Virus record (IMG/VR): IMGVR_UViG_3300032291_002198
Coordinates: 1-61,835 of that record
Source of the DNA: a virus
Taxonomy: Duplodnaviria > Caudoviricetes
Reading direction: 5' to 3' (one strand)
Length of the DNA: 61,835 nt
A program made the translations under genes and the position numbers. The notes under the pieces are model-generated. The model saw nothing but the letters and a program-made list of their open reading frames with translations, was not told where the DNA came from and made no database searches. Numbering within the stretch: the stretch's first letter is position 1; every line of letters begins with the position of its first letter. Shown in pieces: positions 30,079-39,462 of the stretch.

Positions 30079-30083
30079 CTCAT

Positions 30084-31868
30084 CTAAGGTAGAACAATCC
30101 GACTAGAATTCAAATGCATAGGAGTGAAAGTTTTTGCCCCAAACAATGGATACATTCCAGTTCGGTCGTTGTTGAGCTGAAACACAACTGGTTGGTCAAA
30201 TGGAGTAGGAGAACCACCGGTCTCAGTATTGCGAACCTTTCGCACGTGTATCTCTGTGCGGTAGCGCATCTCTGGTTCTGGGTGCAAAACCTTGCGGTGA
30301 AACGTAACGAATGAATCAGCACGGTTGACCCACTTGCCCCCGCCTTCAGTGTCTTCGGCAAACGGAGCCACCGGGAGTCCATCGGGGCCCTTTCTACGTA
30401 CAGCTTCTGTGATGGCGTGCGTATTCACCCATACGGCCATATCGTTCTGCGTAGCGAAGGTTAGGAACTCGGAAGCTGCCTCGTAGTGGTATTCGTGTGA
30501 TGTGATTCCAGAGCTGTTCTTTCCTACGGAAATTTTCAAGCTGTTGTATGGGTCAATCAGGTATCCATCGTATCGCTCTTGCCGTACCAACTTTTCAGCA
30601 AAAACCATCAGGTCTGCATAGCTGTACACCTGCGCATTGCTGATGATGGTGAAGTGCTTGTTCACCCATTTGAAGGCTTCTGTTCGTTCTTCGTGGCGCA
30701 TCATGTCAATTGGCTTGTCAAGAAGGAACTCCATAAGGCGCATCTTGAACGATGCGGTCTTGTTCTCGCTTGAGTAGACAACCCAACGCCACCCATGCAG
30801 GACAGATGATGAGACCATAAGGAACTGCGCCATGGTGGTCTTACCCACGTTGCTGTGTCCGTTGATGATGGTAAACTCCTTCTTAAGCAAGAAGTGCTTG
30901 TCAAGCCATTCAAATCCAGTGCTGAGTCCACGTATGATTTCTCCCTTGGCGAATTTCTCAATCCAGTTGTAGTCGGAATCATCGGATGAGATGAACGACA
31001 TATCTCCGTCGTTGATTTGCATCTCTCTGCGGATGCGTGCCTCATCTTCAATTACATCTCGGATTGGCATTTGCTTTCCTTCCAGGATGCCATCCTTGAT
31101 GGTGTTACGTGCGTTAGCTAAGTCATCTACATTTTCCTTCTTTTGGATTTCACGTAGTAGAACTCGCTCGGCTTCGTCCTCCTCCATCCGACCGGCGGCA
31201 ATATAGCCGCCGCAAAGGATGGCTGCCCGTAGTAGTGTGATATGCTTTTCTCCGTCTTGCGCACGGCGTACCATTCGCGCTACAACGTTTAGCTTCTCGT
31301 AGTCGGTATGTAGTTCTTGAATTTGCGCTACCTGCTTCTCTTGTTGTTCACGCAACATACCCCCGAATACCTTGCTGTCGGGGTTGTGTACCAGCTCTGG
31401 GTCATAGCTCTCAAAACACGCACGAGATTCGTTAACTCCCGACGGGTCAGCCAGGAGTCCATAGGTGCTATCAAAGTACGTCTGGAGCGACCTAAAGTGC
31501 TCCCTGTGCCTCTCTGGGTTGCTTATCTTGACGAGGGCTTTCAGGCCCTCGCCAGATGGGGATATCCAGCAGGCAAAAACATATTCGTCCGTGGATAGAA
31601 GAGCCTTTGATGCTTCTGCGTTTACATGGTCAAAATCAAGTACGATTAGTCCGCTGTGCGCTTCAAGCGCATCGTCCCTTCTTGTGGTAAATACGCCAGA
31701 GAAAAGAGTTACTGGAAGTGAGCGCTTAAGCTCGGAGTTCCCGGCGCGTATTGCCAGGATGTTCTCCATGCTTCTCCCACTTACAATGCGCTCAAGGGCA
31801 ACATCGACATCTATGTAGTACGGCTCATCCGTCTTGGTGACGGATTGGAACATTGTAATGTTACTCAT
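30084..31868 (-). CDS. Primase-helicase: BT4734/VirE-N-like domain + SF4-like P-loop helicase
   Basis: HSGLIVLDFD, SPSGEGLK and RACFESYDP; Walker A GHSNVGKT; IDPYN. Confidence 0.85.
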   Translation of the reverse strand: MSNITMFQSVTKTDEPYYIDVDVALERIVSGRSMENILAIRAGNSELKRSLPVTLFSGVFTTRRDDALEAHSGLIVLDFDHVNAEASKALLSTDEYVFACWISPSGEGLKALVKISNPERHREHFRSLQTYFDSTYGLLADPSGVNESRACFESYDPELVHNPDSKVFGGMLREQQEKQVAQIQELHTDYEKLNVVARMVRRAQDGEKHITLLRAAILCGGYIAAGRMEEDEAERVLLREIQKKENVDDLANARNTIKDGILEGKQMPIRDVIEDEARIRREMQINDGDMSFISSDDSDYNWIEKFAKGEIIRGLSTGFEWLDKHFLLKKEFTIINGHSNVGKTTMAQFLMVSSSVLHGWRWVVYSSENKTASFKMRLMEFLLDKPIDMMRHEERTEAFKWVNKHFTIISNAQVYSYADLMVFAEKLVRQERYDGYLIDPYNSLKISVGKNSSGITSHEYHYEAASEFLTFATQNDMAVWVNTHAITEAVRRKGPDGLPVAPFAEDTEGGGKWVNRADSFVTFHRKVLHPEPEMRYRTEIHVRKVRNTETGGSPTPFDQPVVFQLNNDRTGMYPLFGAKTFTPMHLNSSRIVLP

Positions 31869-32146
31869 TTGAATTCCTTATCGTAGTCTTTTTCTTTGTG
31901 ATGAAACGAACGGGATATTGGCTTACTATCAAATATCTTGATGACTCGGAAGTTGTGCACAATCTTGTTGCCCAATACTGCCGCGCGTAGCGAATCCATT
32001 ATCTCTTTTGACTTATTCATTGAGAGTAAGTCCTTTGCCCTTGATACTATTTGAATGGGCACCTCTTGGGTGCCCTTCGTGTTTGATATAAGGTTCTTTC
32101 CTTTCTTGGTGTGCCAGAATACCTGCAACTTGTGCAGATATATCAT
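31865..32146 (-). CDS. Hypothetical protein
   Basis: ATG 32146; stop overlaps the primase start. Confidence 0.55.
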   Translation of the reverse strand: MIYLHKLQVFWHTKKGKNLISNTKGTQEVPIQIVSRAKDLLSMNKSKEIMDSLRAAVLGNKIVHNFRVIKIFDSKPISRSFHHKEKDYDKEFK

Positions 32147-32156
32147 TTGGCCAAGG

Positions 32157-32807
32157 CTATCGGAAGTCGTATCCGAATCTGAGGAAGTCTGCATGGTATA
32201 GTGCGCTGATAAGAAGTTTTGCCTCGTCGTCCAACTTTAGCCTTTCCGAAAAGCTTCTGTTTTCTTTCTCAGGCTTCTTTTCTAAAGCCATGCCGATAGC
32301 GTTTGCTGCTACCGCCATATCCACATCAAAGTCCTCAAGCTTTCCAACGAAGTCAATGTCATCTGGAACCCAGGCTGATTGCGTTACCATTGTTTCATGT
32401 TTGTCGCCGAGGTAATTTCCATGGTGCCAAAACTGCATCATTGACGCATGAGCAAACGCTTTTGCTCCATTGATGGTGCCATCCCATGGCTCTGGAAGTG
32501 CATGATTTTCTTGTAAAATTTCATGCACTCCCCACACGTCGTCAAGTTGATACTTCATGTGGTCAGCATAGCTGCTCAGGAACCACGTGTATGGATTTCG
32601 CACAAAGGTGAACTTGAAGTACGAGTTCCATCGTTCTTCTCCAGCCATAGCGCGTACCGAATTGGGACCGAAGTGCCCATAGGGCGGTGTGCTGTTGTCT
32701 GAGCTTATGCAGTCTGGGTCGGCCGCAATCAACAGATTCTCCACGGTGGTACTCCCGGTCTTGGGAATGCGAATGAAGATGCACTTGTATTTGTCTGAGA
32801 TTATCAT
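32157..32807 (-). CDS. Sulfotransferase (Sulfotransfer_2 family)
   Basis: 5'-PSB FIRIPKTGSTT; 3'-PB FVRNPY...SSY; DFVGKLE and YHADF..FGY. Confidence 0.88.
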   Translation of the reverse strand: MIISDKYKCIFIRIPKTGSTTVENLLIAADPDCISSDNSTPPYGHFGPNSVRAMAGEERWNSYFKFTFVRNPYTWFLSSYADHMKYQLDDVWGVHEILQENHALPEPWDGTINGAKAFAHASMMQFWHHGNYLGDKHETMVTQSAWVPDDIDFVGKLEDFDVDMAVAANAIGMALEKKPEKENRSFSERLKLDDEAKLLISALYHADFLRFGYDFR

Positions 32808-33301
32808 ACCAAAGACACCGATATCAATTCAAGGTTGTCTACTTCGTTAACCGATTCATATAGGTAGATAGAGTCGGCTATTGAAGAGGACATCACGATT
32901 ACCTGGTGCATACTTGCATCACCCGTGAGACTCTTGTAGGTTAGCTTGTAGTTGTTGAACTTCTTGTTGTAGTCCAGCTCTTTCCGCATCTTGAACAAAA
33001 TAGATGCGCCTTCTTGGTAAGCCGTAGCATACTTTGGGTATAGCCACTTACCTCTTTCCGACTTCTCCATAAGCTCATCATGGCGATTCACATGGAACAG
33101 AGATGTTGCATGAGTTTTGCCAAAAACATCTGCGATTTCCAATAAGGTCATGGAAGTCGTTTCCCGTAGGTATGCGTATATCATCCTGCGGCAATCAATA
33201 AGCGTTCTCCTTCTGGTGTCAGAAAACAGCATCTCAATGTTGACATCGTTCACCATTGCAAACGTGTCTATGGTCTTTTCAATTATCTTTTCTCGTTTCA
33301 T
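32804..33301 (-). CDS. DnaA C-terminal-like HTH protein
   Basis: RRMIYAYLRE.T.MTLLEIADVFGKTHAT pattern. Confidence 0.7.
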   Translation of the reverse strand: MKREKIIEKTIDTFAMVNDVNIEMLFSDTRRRTLIDCRRMIYAYLRETTSMTLLEIADVFGKTHATSLFHVNRHDELMEKSERGKWLYPKYATAYQEGASILFKMRKELDYNKKFNNYKLTYKSLTGDASMHQVIVMSSSIADSIYLYESVNEVDNLELISVSLV

Positions 33302-33855
33302 TTTCTCAAATCAATTGCATACAAATCGTCTTTCTCTTGGTATACTAAGTAGTCGCGCTCCTCAAGGAGAGCGACGGCTGCACTTTTGTTCTTTCCAAGG
33401 TGCTTTGTTTCCGCCTTGATGAGCTTGGGTCGCAATGGCCCTTCATAGATGACCATTTGGAGTATTACCCAATCGTGACCTTCCGTGTCAATCTTCAGGA
33501 AATCAATTCTCTTGACCTCATGTATGAACATCAGTTCCGAGTATGGAATCGTGGCTACACGAACCGTTTCCAATAGGTCTCTGTTTGCTTCTATCACGTA
33601 TTCACCAAATGAACTCATGCCGCTAAAGTCTCGGTCTTTACTACATAGGTCTTCATTGTACACGTACATATCCCTGAAGGATGAGCGCACATCAATTGCG
33701 CGATTGACGTATTGTACTCCGGGATGCTTTTCCAACCTGTCAAGGTACTTTTGGATTGGCTCAACGATAAGTCCGCCCCACCCCTTCAGTGCGAGGCCAT
33801 TGAGCGTCCCGAAGTCGCAGCTACCTATCTCTACGAAGAACTTAGAATCGCTCAT
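33298..33855 (-). CDS. FkbM-family methyltransferase
   Basis: FVEIG, GLIVEP and IDFLKIDTEGHD; start reassigned to ATG 33855. Confidence 0.85.
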   Translation of the reverse strand: MSDSKFFVEIGSCDFGTLNGLALKGWGGLIVEPIQKYLDRLEKHPGVQYVNRAIDVRSSFRDMYVYNEDLCSKDRDFSGMSSFGEYVIEANRDLLETVRVATIPYSELMFIHEVKRIDFLKIDTEGHDWVILQMVIYEGPLRPKLIKAETKHLGKNKSAAVALLEERDYLVYQEKDDLYAIDLRK

Positions 33856-34306
33856 AGTAGGTAAGGTTGTCGTATTCGTTAGGGCCAAAGTATACCCATG
33901 CCGTGATGGGCGTGTCTATCTCTTGGATGGTAACGCTAATCTCTCGGCGGCGATACCAATCTGGATGCCCCTCAAGCATATCCAACTTGCGTAGCGTGTC
34001 TTTGTTGACCAGGTACAGCTCAACCTCTACGTTGTGCCCTTGGTTCTTTTTGTACAGCAAGAACGGAAGTCCTCCGCTACGAATGATTAGTGGGAATTTT
34101 TCGGTGGTGTTCCCCTTGCCAACCATTGTAGCTTTCTCAAGGAGTATGTTGTTTCCATACCCGCTCTTTAGCGTGCCATATACTGCGACAGCGATATCGT
34201 TGTCTAAGCTATTATGTTCCCGTTGCATACCAGAAGATTTAGATAGTACTCCAGATACTCCTTTGTCCCGCTCATTATTGGTTTCTTTCCCCATGTTAGT
34301 TTCCAT
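33842..34306 (-). CDS. Gamma-glutamylcyclotransferase (AIG2/GGACT-like)
   Basis: VYGTLK.G..N, LD.LEGHP..Y.R and AWVY. Confidence 0.88.
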   Translation of the reverse strand: METNMGKETNNERDKGVSGVLSKSSGMQREHNSLDNDIAVAVYGTLKSGYGNNILLEKATMVGKGNTTEKFPLIIRSGGLPFLLYKKNQGHNVEVELYLVNKDTLRKLDMLEGHPDWYRRREISVTIQEIDTPITAWVYFGPNEYDNLTYYERF

Positions 34307-34351
34307 TGATTTGAATTTTCATCATACGTGATTTGATATAACTGATAGAAA

Positions 34352-34543
34352 TCACTTCGTCTTTTCCCCTGCTTCATCTGCTTTCCTGTTTATCCAACGA
34401 ACATACATCTTTGAAGCGACAGCAAGTCGCTGAGGCGGGAACTTGTAAATGCTTTTGAGTCTTGCTTGTGCAATCCTCATGAATTGGTTCATTTCGTCTT
34501 CGTTCTTCTTGAGGAAGAACTGCTGAAGGTCATATAGTGTCAT
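34352..34543 (-). CDS. Hypothetical protein
   Basis: Coupled ORF. Confidence 0.55.
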   Translation of the reverse strand: MTLYDLQQFFLKKNEDEMNQFMRIAQARLKSIYKFPPQRLAVASKMYVRWINRKADEAGEKTK

Positions 34544-34938
34544 AGTAAGTCAACTGCTTTGATTAGAACACCACGCGAAGTATTCTCATCTCCGCCCGGC
34601 ACATCCTTACGCTCATACTTAGTTCTGCATAAGTCCTTCAACCTCTTGGTTGAAATGATAACCAAGTACAGAATATCATCTTCTTCCATGAAGACTTCGT
34701 TCTCCTTGTGTCGGCATCCTTTCTCGGATGCCGCAATCAGAACCCAGTAGTCTGCTTCTGTCGTGGCTATGCCTGACGGGCGCCCGCGCGAGGAGTACTC
34801 AATGTAGAAGTTTCCAGTTCGGTGCGTTGCAAAGTCGAGCTTGACCTCAACGGTTGTGTTGCCGAGCAGCTTGCCAAGGAGTAGCTCGCTCATTTTGCCG
34901 ACGCGCAGGTCATGACGGAAATCAGAATTGTATTCCAC
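34540..34938 (-). CDS. Putative PD-(D/E)xK-type nuclease-like phage protein
   Basis: GTG start at VEYNSDF; EVK.D, TGNFYIEY and PSGIATTEADYW. Confidence 0.6.
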   Translation of the reverse strand: MEYNSDFRHDLRVGKMSELLLGKLLGNTTVEVKLDFATHRTGNFYIEYSSRGRPSGIATTEADYWVLIAASEKGCRHKENEVFMEEDDILYLVIISTKRLKDLCRTKYERKDVPGGDENTSRGVLIKAVDLL

Positions 34939-34960
34939 GAAAAAAGAAAGAGATGATAGT

Positions 34961-35040
34961 GAAAAGAAAGAGCGGCCGCCATGCCCCACCGGAACAACCT
35001 ACTGCATGGCGTAACCAACTTGCTGCCGCTACATTCTTTT
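34961..35040 (-). terminator. Structured intergenic element/terminator after the SSB-like gene
   Basis: Nested stems AGCGGC/GCCGCT and CGCCATGC/GCATGGCG followed by CTTTCTTTT. Confidence 0.5.
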
Positions 35041-35045
35041 GCTAT

Positions 35046-35312
35046 TTAGAAGGGTAGGTCGTCGTCGCGGTGCATTTTAGCCTTGCTCGCAGCAGGCTTT
35101 GAAGCGGCCGCAGCGTGCGGATTGAATACACTCACGAACGCAGAGTCGTCCGTCTTGATAACGAAGTCAAGGTTCACGCTTCCGCGAGCGGTCACGTACT
35201 TCTTGAGCTCATCAAGCTGTTCGGTCTTGAACGAGATTGAGTACTTGCGTGTGCCGGAATCGTAAGTCTTAAGCTCGCCTACGTATCCGATATAGATGTC
35301 TTTCTTTTCCAT
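35046..35312 (-). CDS. Putative ssDNA-binding protein
   Basis: Small beta-rich protein with acidic DDDLPF C-terminal tail, in the recombination module. Confidence 0.55.
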   Translation of the reverse strand: MEKKDIYIGYVGELKTYDSGTRKYSISFKTEQLDELKKYVTARGSVNLDFVIKTDDSAFVSVFNPHAAAASKPAASKAKMHRDDDLPF

Positions 35313-35324
35313 TTTGATTGACAA

Positions 35325-36110
35325 TTAAATTTCCCCTTCAAGGTAGAACGAAGCCGATGGCTTGTCCTTTTCAAAGTGCTCTCGGATGGTGTTAATCGCC
35401 CGATTGAACTTCTCCTCACCGAAGCGAAGGGTTTGCTCCGATGCTTTGTATACGGCAGGTACATACGGGAAAGACTTCTCTTGGGCAACCCAGTAGAAGT
35501 CCTCGTATCCGAAGACCTTGCAGTAAAGGTACGCTTGAATATCGTACCCTAAATATCTTACGTCAGAACGAAACACTGACATTGAACGTGTTGTCTTGGA
35601 GTCGGAGATGAATCCGTCTCCTTTGCAGTCAAGGAATCCCCTGAAAGGGATTCCGTCTACCTCCTCATTGAACTCTACCTGGTAGTCTCCACTCAGGTAT
35701 ATTTCCACAATGCCACAATCATTCAGGCGTGTAACCATGTCAATGATTTGCTGATGGTCTTCAAGGCTCAAGATGGCACGGTTGCCAATAGATGCGTCCA
35801 TTTCGTTCTTCCACTCTTTGTAGATACTCGTAGCTCGTGGGCTCTTGGCTCCATCAGCCAACAGCTTAGATACTATCTCGGTATCATCCATCACGAAGAA
35901 GCGTTCATCAAACGCTTCGGGGGTAAATAGCTGGCAGTCGTATGCGCTGCCAAACTGCAACGCCTCGCTGTCCTTCTTGAGCTTGCCCATCATGTACATC
36001 TCAAAGAGCGCGATGTCTTGTAGCGCGTACTTGATGGAGCTGTATGATAGATATGGCTTACCAGTGCGTTCAATCATCTGGCGAATCCACTTGTCTTTCT
36101 TCTTAGCCAT
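35325..36110 (-). CDS. PD-(D/E)xK exonuclease (RecE/DUF3799-like)
   Basis: LSYSSIK, FGSAYD, RGFLD, DSKTT and YDIQAYLY. Confidence 0.85.
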   Translation of the reverse strand: MAKKKDKWIRQMIERTGKPYLSYSSIKYALQDIALFEMYMMGKLKKDSEALQFGSAYDCQLFTPEAFDERFFVMDDTEIVSKLLADGAKSPRATSIYKEWKNEMDASIGNRAILSLEDHQQIIDMVTRLNDCGIVEIYLSGDYQVEFNEEVDGIPFRGFLDCKGDGFISDSKTTRSMSVFRSDVRYLGYDIQAYLYCKVFGYEDFYWVAQEKSFPYVPAVYKASEQTLRFGEEKFNRAINTIREHFEKDKPSASFYLEGEI

Positions 36111-36357
36111 TGTGGTACTTGTTGCTTATTGAATTGTACGCGCCTTGAAGCTGGTCAGCAACCTCTTTTGCCTGCTTGGTTTCTATCATGTCCACAATGC
36201 TGATTGCTTTCTCAAGTTCTTCCATTGCCGTAACCATAGCTGGCACGTTGTATGAGCTGCCGTAGTTAGACATGATTCGGCTGCCAAGCATTTCGGCTTC
36301 CTTCTTCTTGATGTGTGGATGCTCCTTGAAATACTCAAGGTATTCTGATGGCTTCAT
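36103..36357 (-). CDS. Hypothetical protein
   Basis: Coupled ORF. Confidence 0.55.
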   Translation of the reverse strand: MKPSEYLEYFKEHPHIKKKEAEMLGSRIMSNYGSSYNVPAMVTAMEELEKAISIVDMIETKQAKEVADQLQGAYNSISNKYHNG

Positions 36358-36509
36358 TTGAATTTCTCTATGATTAAACTAAGTGCGTTGACATATCCCT
36401 CCCAGTACTTGGCCTCGGTATCTCTACGGCTGTACAAACATACGTTCCGATTGTATTGCGCCTTCTTGTATTGCTCAAGAATATCCTGAGATATGCTAAT
36501 CTTTTCCAT
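36354..36509 (-). CDS. Small hypothetical protein (51 aa, not in ORF track)
   Basis: MEKISISQDIL...KYWEGYVNAL fills the gap, with ATGA overlap. Confidence 0.55.
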   Translation of the reverse strand: MEKISISQDILEQYKKAQYNRNVCLYSRRDTEAKYWEGYVNALSLIIEKFK

Positions 36510-36801
36510 TCTTTTGATGTTCTTCAAATTCTAAGCATTCATAACATACGCTTTCAAACTTCCACGTGTCACCATCCTGTTTGACGTTTGAGTATACACG
36601 ATTGGATGAGCCGCATCTGTCGCACTTGACCACGTTTGGGAATACTCTTGACAAGTCTGGCTCGTAGTTCATGTCTTCATTAGACACCTCAACGTACCAT
36701 AGGCCCAAGTCAAATATGACTGACCACGTTACGTTCGGGTAGCGCAACCACGTTACGCCAATGGCGAACTGGTCAACGTATTTTCCTGATGTGATTTTCA
36801 T
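36496..36801 (-). CDS. Hypothetical protein with CxxC...CxxC Zn-ribbon
   Basis: CDRC and CYEC. Confidence 0.55.
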   Translation of the reverse strand: MKITSGKYVDQFAIGVTWLRYPNVTWSVIFDLGLWYVEVSNEDMNYEPDLSRVFPNVVKCDRCGSSNRVYSNVKQDGDTWKFESVCYECLEFEEHQKNGKD

Positions 36802-36813
36802 TTCTCTTTTGTA

Positions 36814-37419
36814 TTAAAGGTTTCCCCATTGGTTAGCCATAGCCTCAGCCACTCCCTCAAAGGTCTTTGCGCTTTGTTTCCAATTTTTGCTAATTCCAAT
36901 AGAGTAAGACTGCCCTCGTTTTTTGCCTCCCGTATTAGACGGTAGGTATGGCTTGTAATTGTCAATAATGTTTGTTGGTTTAAGCATTGGTAGATTCTTT
37001 AGCCACAACAAGGTACGCTTAGAGTAAGGGTGTCCAAACTCATAAGGCTGTATGGCTTGGGTATGGCAAGGCAAATTATACACCTTCAGAGGTGTTGGAT
37101 TTTCAACTGCAATTCTTTCGCACTTTGCATTCATCATTGCATAAAAAAATTCTCTTGCGGCTTTGCCTTTTTCAAGACGTTCCTCATCAATTTTTCCACC
37201 TGCATAGAGCCACCTTGCCCCTGCCTTACTAAGGTAAGTACACGGTGGGTGCGCTATGATTAAGTCCCATCCATCATTTAGAATATCTAAAACATCGCCT
37301 TGGTAGTGAGGCCCTTCGGTTTCTGTTGGTAATATGTCGCAACTCATCGCATAATGGCCTTGCTTTGCAAAGGCATCACGAACTGTACCACTATATTCGC
37401 AGGCTACTAAAACTCTCAT
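36814..37419 (-). CDS. DNA cytosine methyltransferase-like protein
   Basis: VLVACEYSG, DLIIAHPPC (catalytic PC) and AVENP (ENV-like). Confidence 0.8.
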   Translation of the reverse strand: MRVLVACEYSGTVRDAFAKQGHYAMSCDILPTETEGPHYQGDVLDILNDGWDLIIAHPPCTYLSKAGARWLYAGGKIDEERLEKGKAAREFFYAMMNAKCERIAVENPTPLKVYNLPCHTQAIQPYEFGHPYSKRTLLWLKNLPMLKPTNIIDNYKPYLPSNTGGKKRGQSYSIGISKNWKQSAKTFEGVAEAMANQWGNL

Positions 37420-37589
37420 TTCTCGTTGGTGCGCTTTACTATAGCCTTTACAAATCCACGAACGAATCCAATACCAAAACTAATTGGCGCAGGAGAGAGT
37501 ACCCAAAGCCAAGACCAACCAATAACGGAGGTCAGTTTGAGCGTGACAAACAGTGCTGTCAATAGGATTACAAATAAGTTGTTTTTCAT
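37416..37589 (-). CDS. Small membrane protein (57 aa, not in ORF track)
   Basis: MKNNLFVILLTALFVTLKLTSVIGWSWLWVLSP. Confidence 0.6.
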   Translation of the reverse strand: MKNNLFVILLTALFVTLKLTSVIGWSWLWVLSPAPISFGIGFVRGFVKAIVKRTNEK

Positions 37590-37626
37590 TTCTAATTGTT
37601 GTTAAATATTTCGTTTAATAGTTCTA

Positions 37627-37878
37627 CTAACTCTTAAGCACTATCTCCCAATAGTCTCCGTGGTCAACGAATCCTGACGCGACTCCTTTAAGTCCATATA
37701 GAGACATATCCTCTCCTATGCCTATGAATGGGCCTCCGCTCGGGTCTACGAATATCTTCTTACCAGAGTCATCCCATCCGTAGCGTGTGTACTTGAAGTT
37801 TCCCTTCCAGTCAATGTTTCCGTTCTCGTTCTTCTCAAACGTGAACTCGTCTCCGTATCGGTTGGTGTACTTACTCAT
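37627..37878 (-). CDS. Hypothetical phage protein
   Basis: NRYGDEFTF and FVDPSGGPFI motifs. Confidence 0.65.
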   Translation of the reverse strand: MSKYTNRYGDEFTFEKNENGNIDWKGNFKYTRYGWDDSGKKIFVDPSGGPFIGIGEDMSLYGLKGVASGFVDHGDYWEIVLKS

Positions 37879-38129
37879 CGTCCTTGTTGAAGGTATAGGC
37901 GACAGCTAAGAATCCTCCAAGCGCTACGAACGCCAGCTTTGTTGTTGCCTCATCGGCCACCAATAGGCCGATGATGGATAGTATCGTACCGAAAAGGTAT
38001 GTTCTCTTGTTGACCATTACTCGTCGCTTCTGTCTGATGGTTCATCGGAGAAGAGGAGCCACGCCAAGATGGCGGTGGCCCCAATCATCCCGATTGCAAA
38101 CGCTAACAATACCAACGCTTGCACTAACA

Positions 38130-38675
38130 TTAGGCCGTTACGTGTAAGCGCAGAGAATGTGCCTGCTCCTCAGTGATGACATCACCATACTTAGACATCA
38201 CTGCGTCAAAGCGCTTCTTGCGCTCTGGTGCATTAGTTCCTGCCTTGATATGCTCAGCGGCTTTCTCAAGGTCAAGGCTTGCAGCAGGCGCAGCTTTAGC
38301 CTTGGGCTTCTCGGGTATATCCTGCTTGGCGATAGCAAGCGATACCTCCTCGGCTGTTGCAATAGATGATTCAACACCGATACCAAGGAAGCCAAGCGCG
38401 CGACCTACGGCTGAGGTCTCGCAGTTCTCCACGTACGATGTCTTGTTAATCATAGATGATGAGCGGTCTTCCTGGGCAAAGCCAGTAGCAGCGATGGCTC
38501 CCTTGCCGTCGCGGATGGTCGCCTTCATGACGCACATATCTGAGTCAATCGCTACCATCTCGGTCTCAATAGAATAGCCCTTGTACTCGGGCAGTTTGCG
38601 TAGGGCAATGATGCGTTCGTTCACCTGAACGTATTCCTTACCCTTGATGTTTGTTGTCTTAAGCTGATAAGCCAT
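38130..38675 (-). CDS. Single-strand annealing/recombination protein
   Basis: IKGKEYVQVNERI and INKTSYVENCETSAVGRAL. Confidence 0.7.
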   Translation of the reverse strand: MAYQLKTTNIKGKEYVQVNERIIALRKLPEYKGYSIETEMVAIDSDMCVMKATIRDGKGAIAATGFAQEDRSSSMINKTSYVENCETSAVGRALGFLGIGVESSIATAEEVSLAIAKQDIPEKPKAKAAPAASLDLEKAAEHIKAGTNAPERKKRFDAVMSKYGDVITEEQAHSLRLHVTA

Positions 38676-38838
38676 TTGTTTGAATTTGAATTGATTAAAG
38701 TTACGAAATCATTTTGACTTGGCCAAAGAATGCTGCATATCTCGTGCAATTCCTTTGTCAAGTTCCACATCGCATCCGTAGTAAACCGACTGAATCTTCA
38801 TCATCCATTCGGTGTACGACAGCTTACGTTCGTCTGCA

Positions 38839-39117
38839 TTAGAGCCAGCCTTCTTCAACATATACGTTGCGAATTACTTTGAGTGTTCTAAGAAACGAAG
38901 ATATAGTTTCAAGTTCCTGGTACTTGACAGCAAGCGGTGTGTCGTCAGAAAATTTGTCTATCCACATGACCTGCGACGCTGGCTCACTCATGAGTAAGTC
39001 CATGAAGTTTGACTCCTTGCGCGCTTGAAGCACCATCGTCTTTGCGATGATGCTGTTGGTATCGTCGTCTGGTGTAACATTCAGTATGTCCAGAATCTTT
39101 TCGCCTACGCTGCTCAT
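38839..39117 (-). CDS. Hypothetical protein
   Basis: Start reassigned to ATG 39117. Confidence 0.5.
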   Translation of the reverse strand: MSSVGEKILDILNVTPDDDTNSIIAKTMVLQARKESNFMDLLMSEPASQVMWIDKFSDDTPLAVKYQELETISSFLRTLKVIRNVYVEEGWL

Positions 39118-39269
39118 TGCATGAAGTTTTTTTTGATTAGGTCTCCAAGTATGCGCACGCTGAAGTAGAACACTGCGTAGTAGGGGATGTGGATGAATAG
39201 CCACGCAAGTGCCTCAATGATGAATGGCGGCTTGCGTCGGGGGTTGAAGTTCGGTTCTTGATTGCTCAT
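39114..39269 (-). CDS. Small membrane protein
   Basis: ATG 39269; one hydrophobic segment. Confidence 0.45.
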   Translation of the reverse strand: MSNQEPNFNPRRKPPFIIEALAWLFIHIPYYAVFYFSVRILGDLIKKNFMQ

Positions 39270-39462
39270 GTAGTTGTATGTATTTCTTGATTTCTTGTAT
39301 GTCTGATAGGCACTCCTCTGCCTTAACGCCAACAAGCGTTAAGTGCATAAGCCTGCTGTAATTAGCGATGAAGCGGACGTTGGCCTCTAACTTGGCCAAC
39401 TCCGCCCCCATCGCATCTTCTACGTTAAGCGATTTCAAGGATTGATATTTCTTCGTTATCAA
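39214..39462 (-). CDS. Hypothetical protein
   Basis: ORF in the operon. Confidence 0.45.
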   Translation of the reverse strand: MITKKYQSLKSLNVEDAMGAELAKLEANVRFIANYSRLMHLTLVGVKAEECLSDIQEIKKYIQLHEQSRTELQPPTQAAIHH

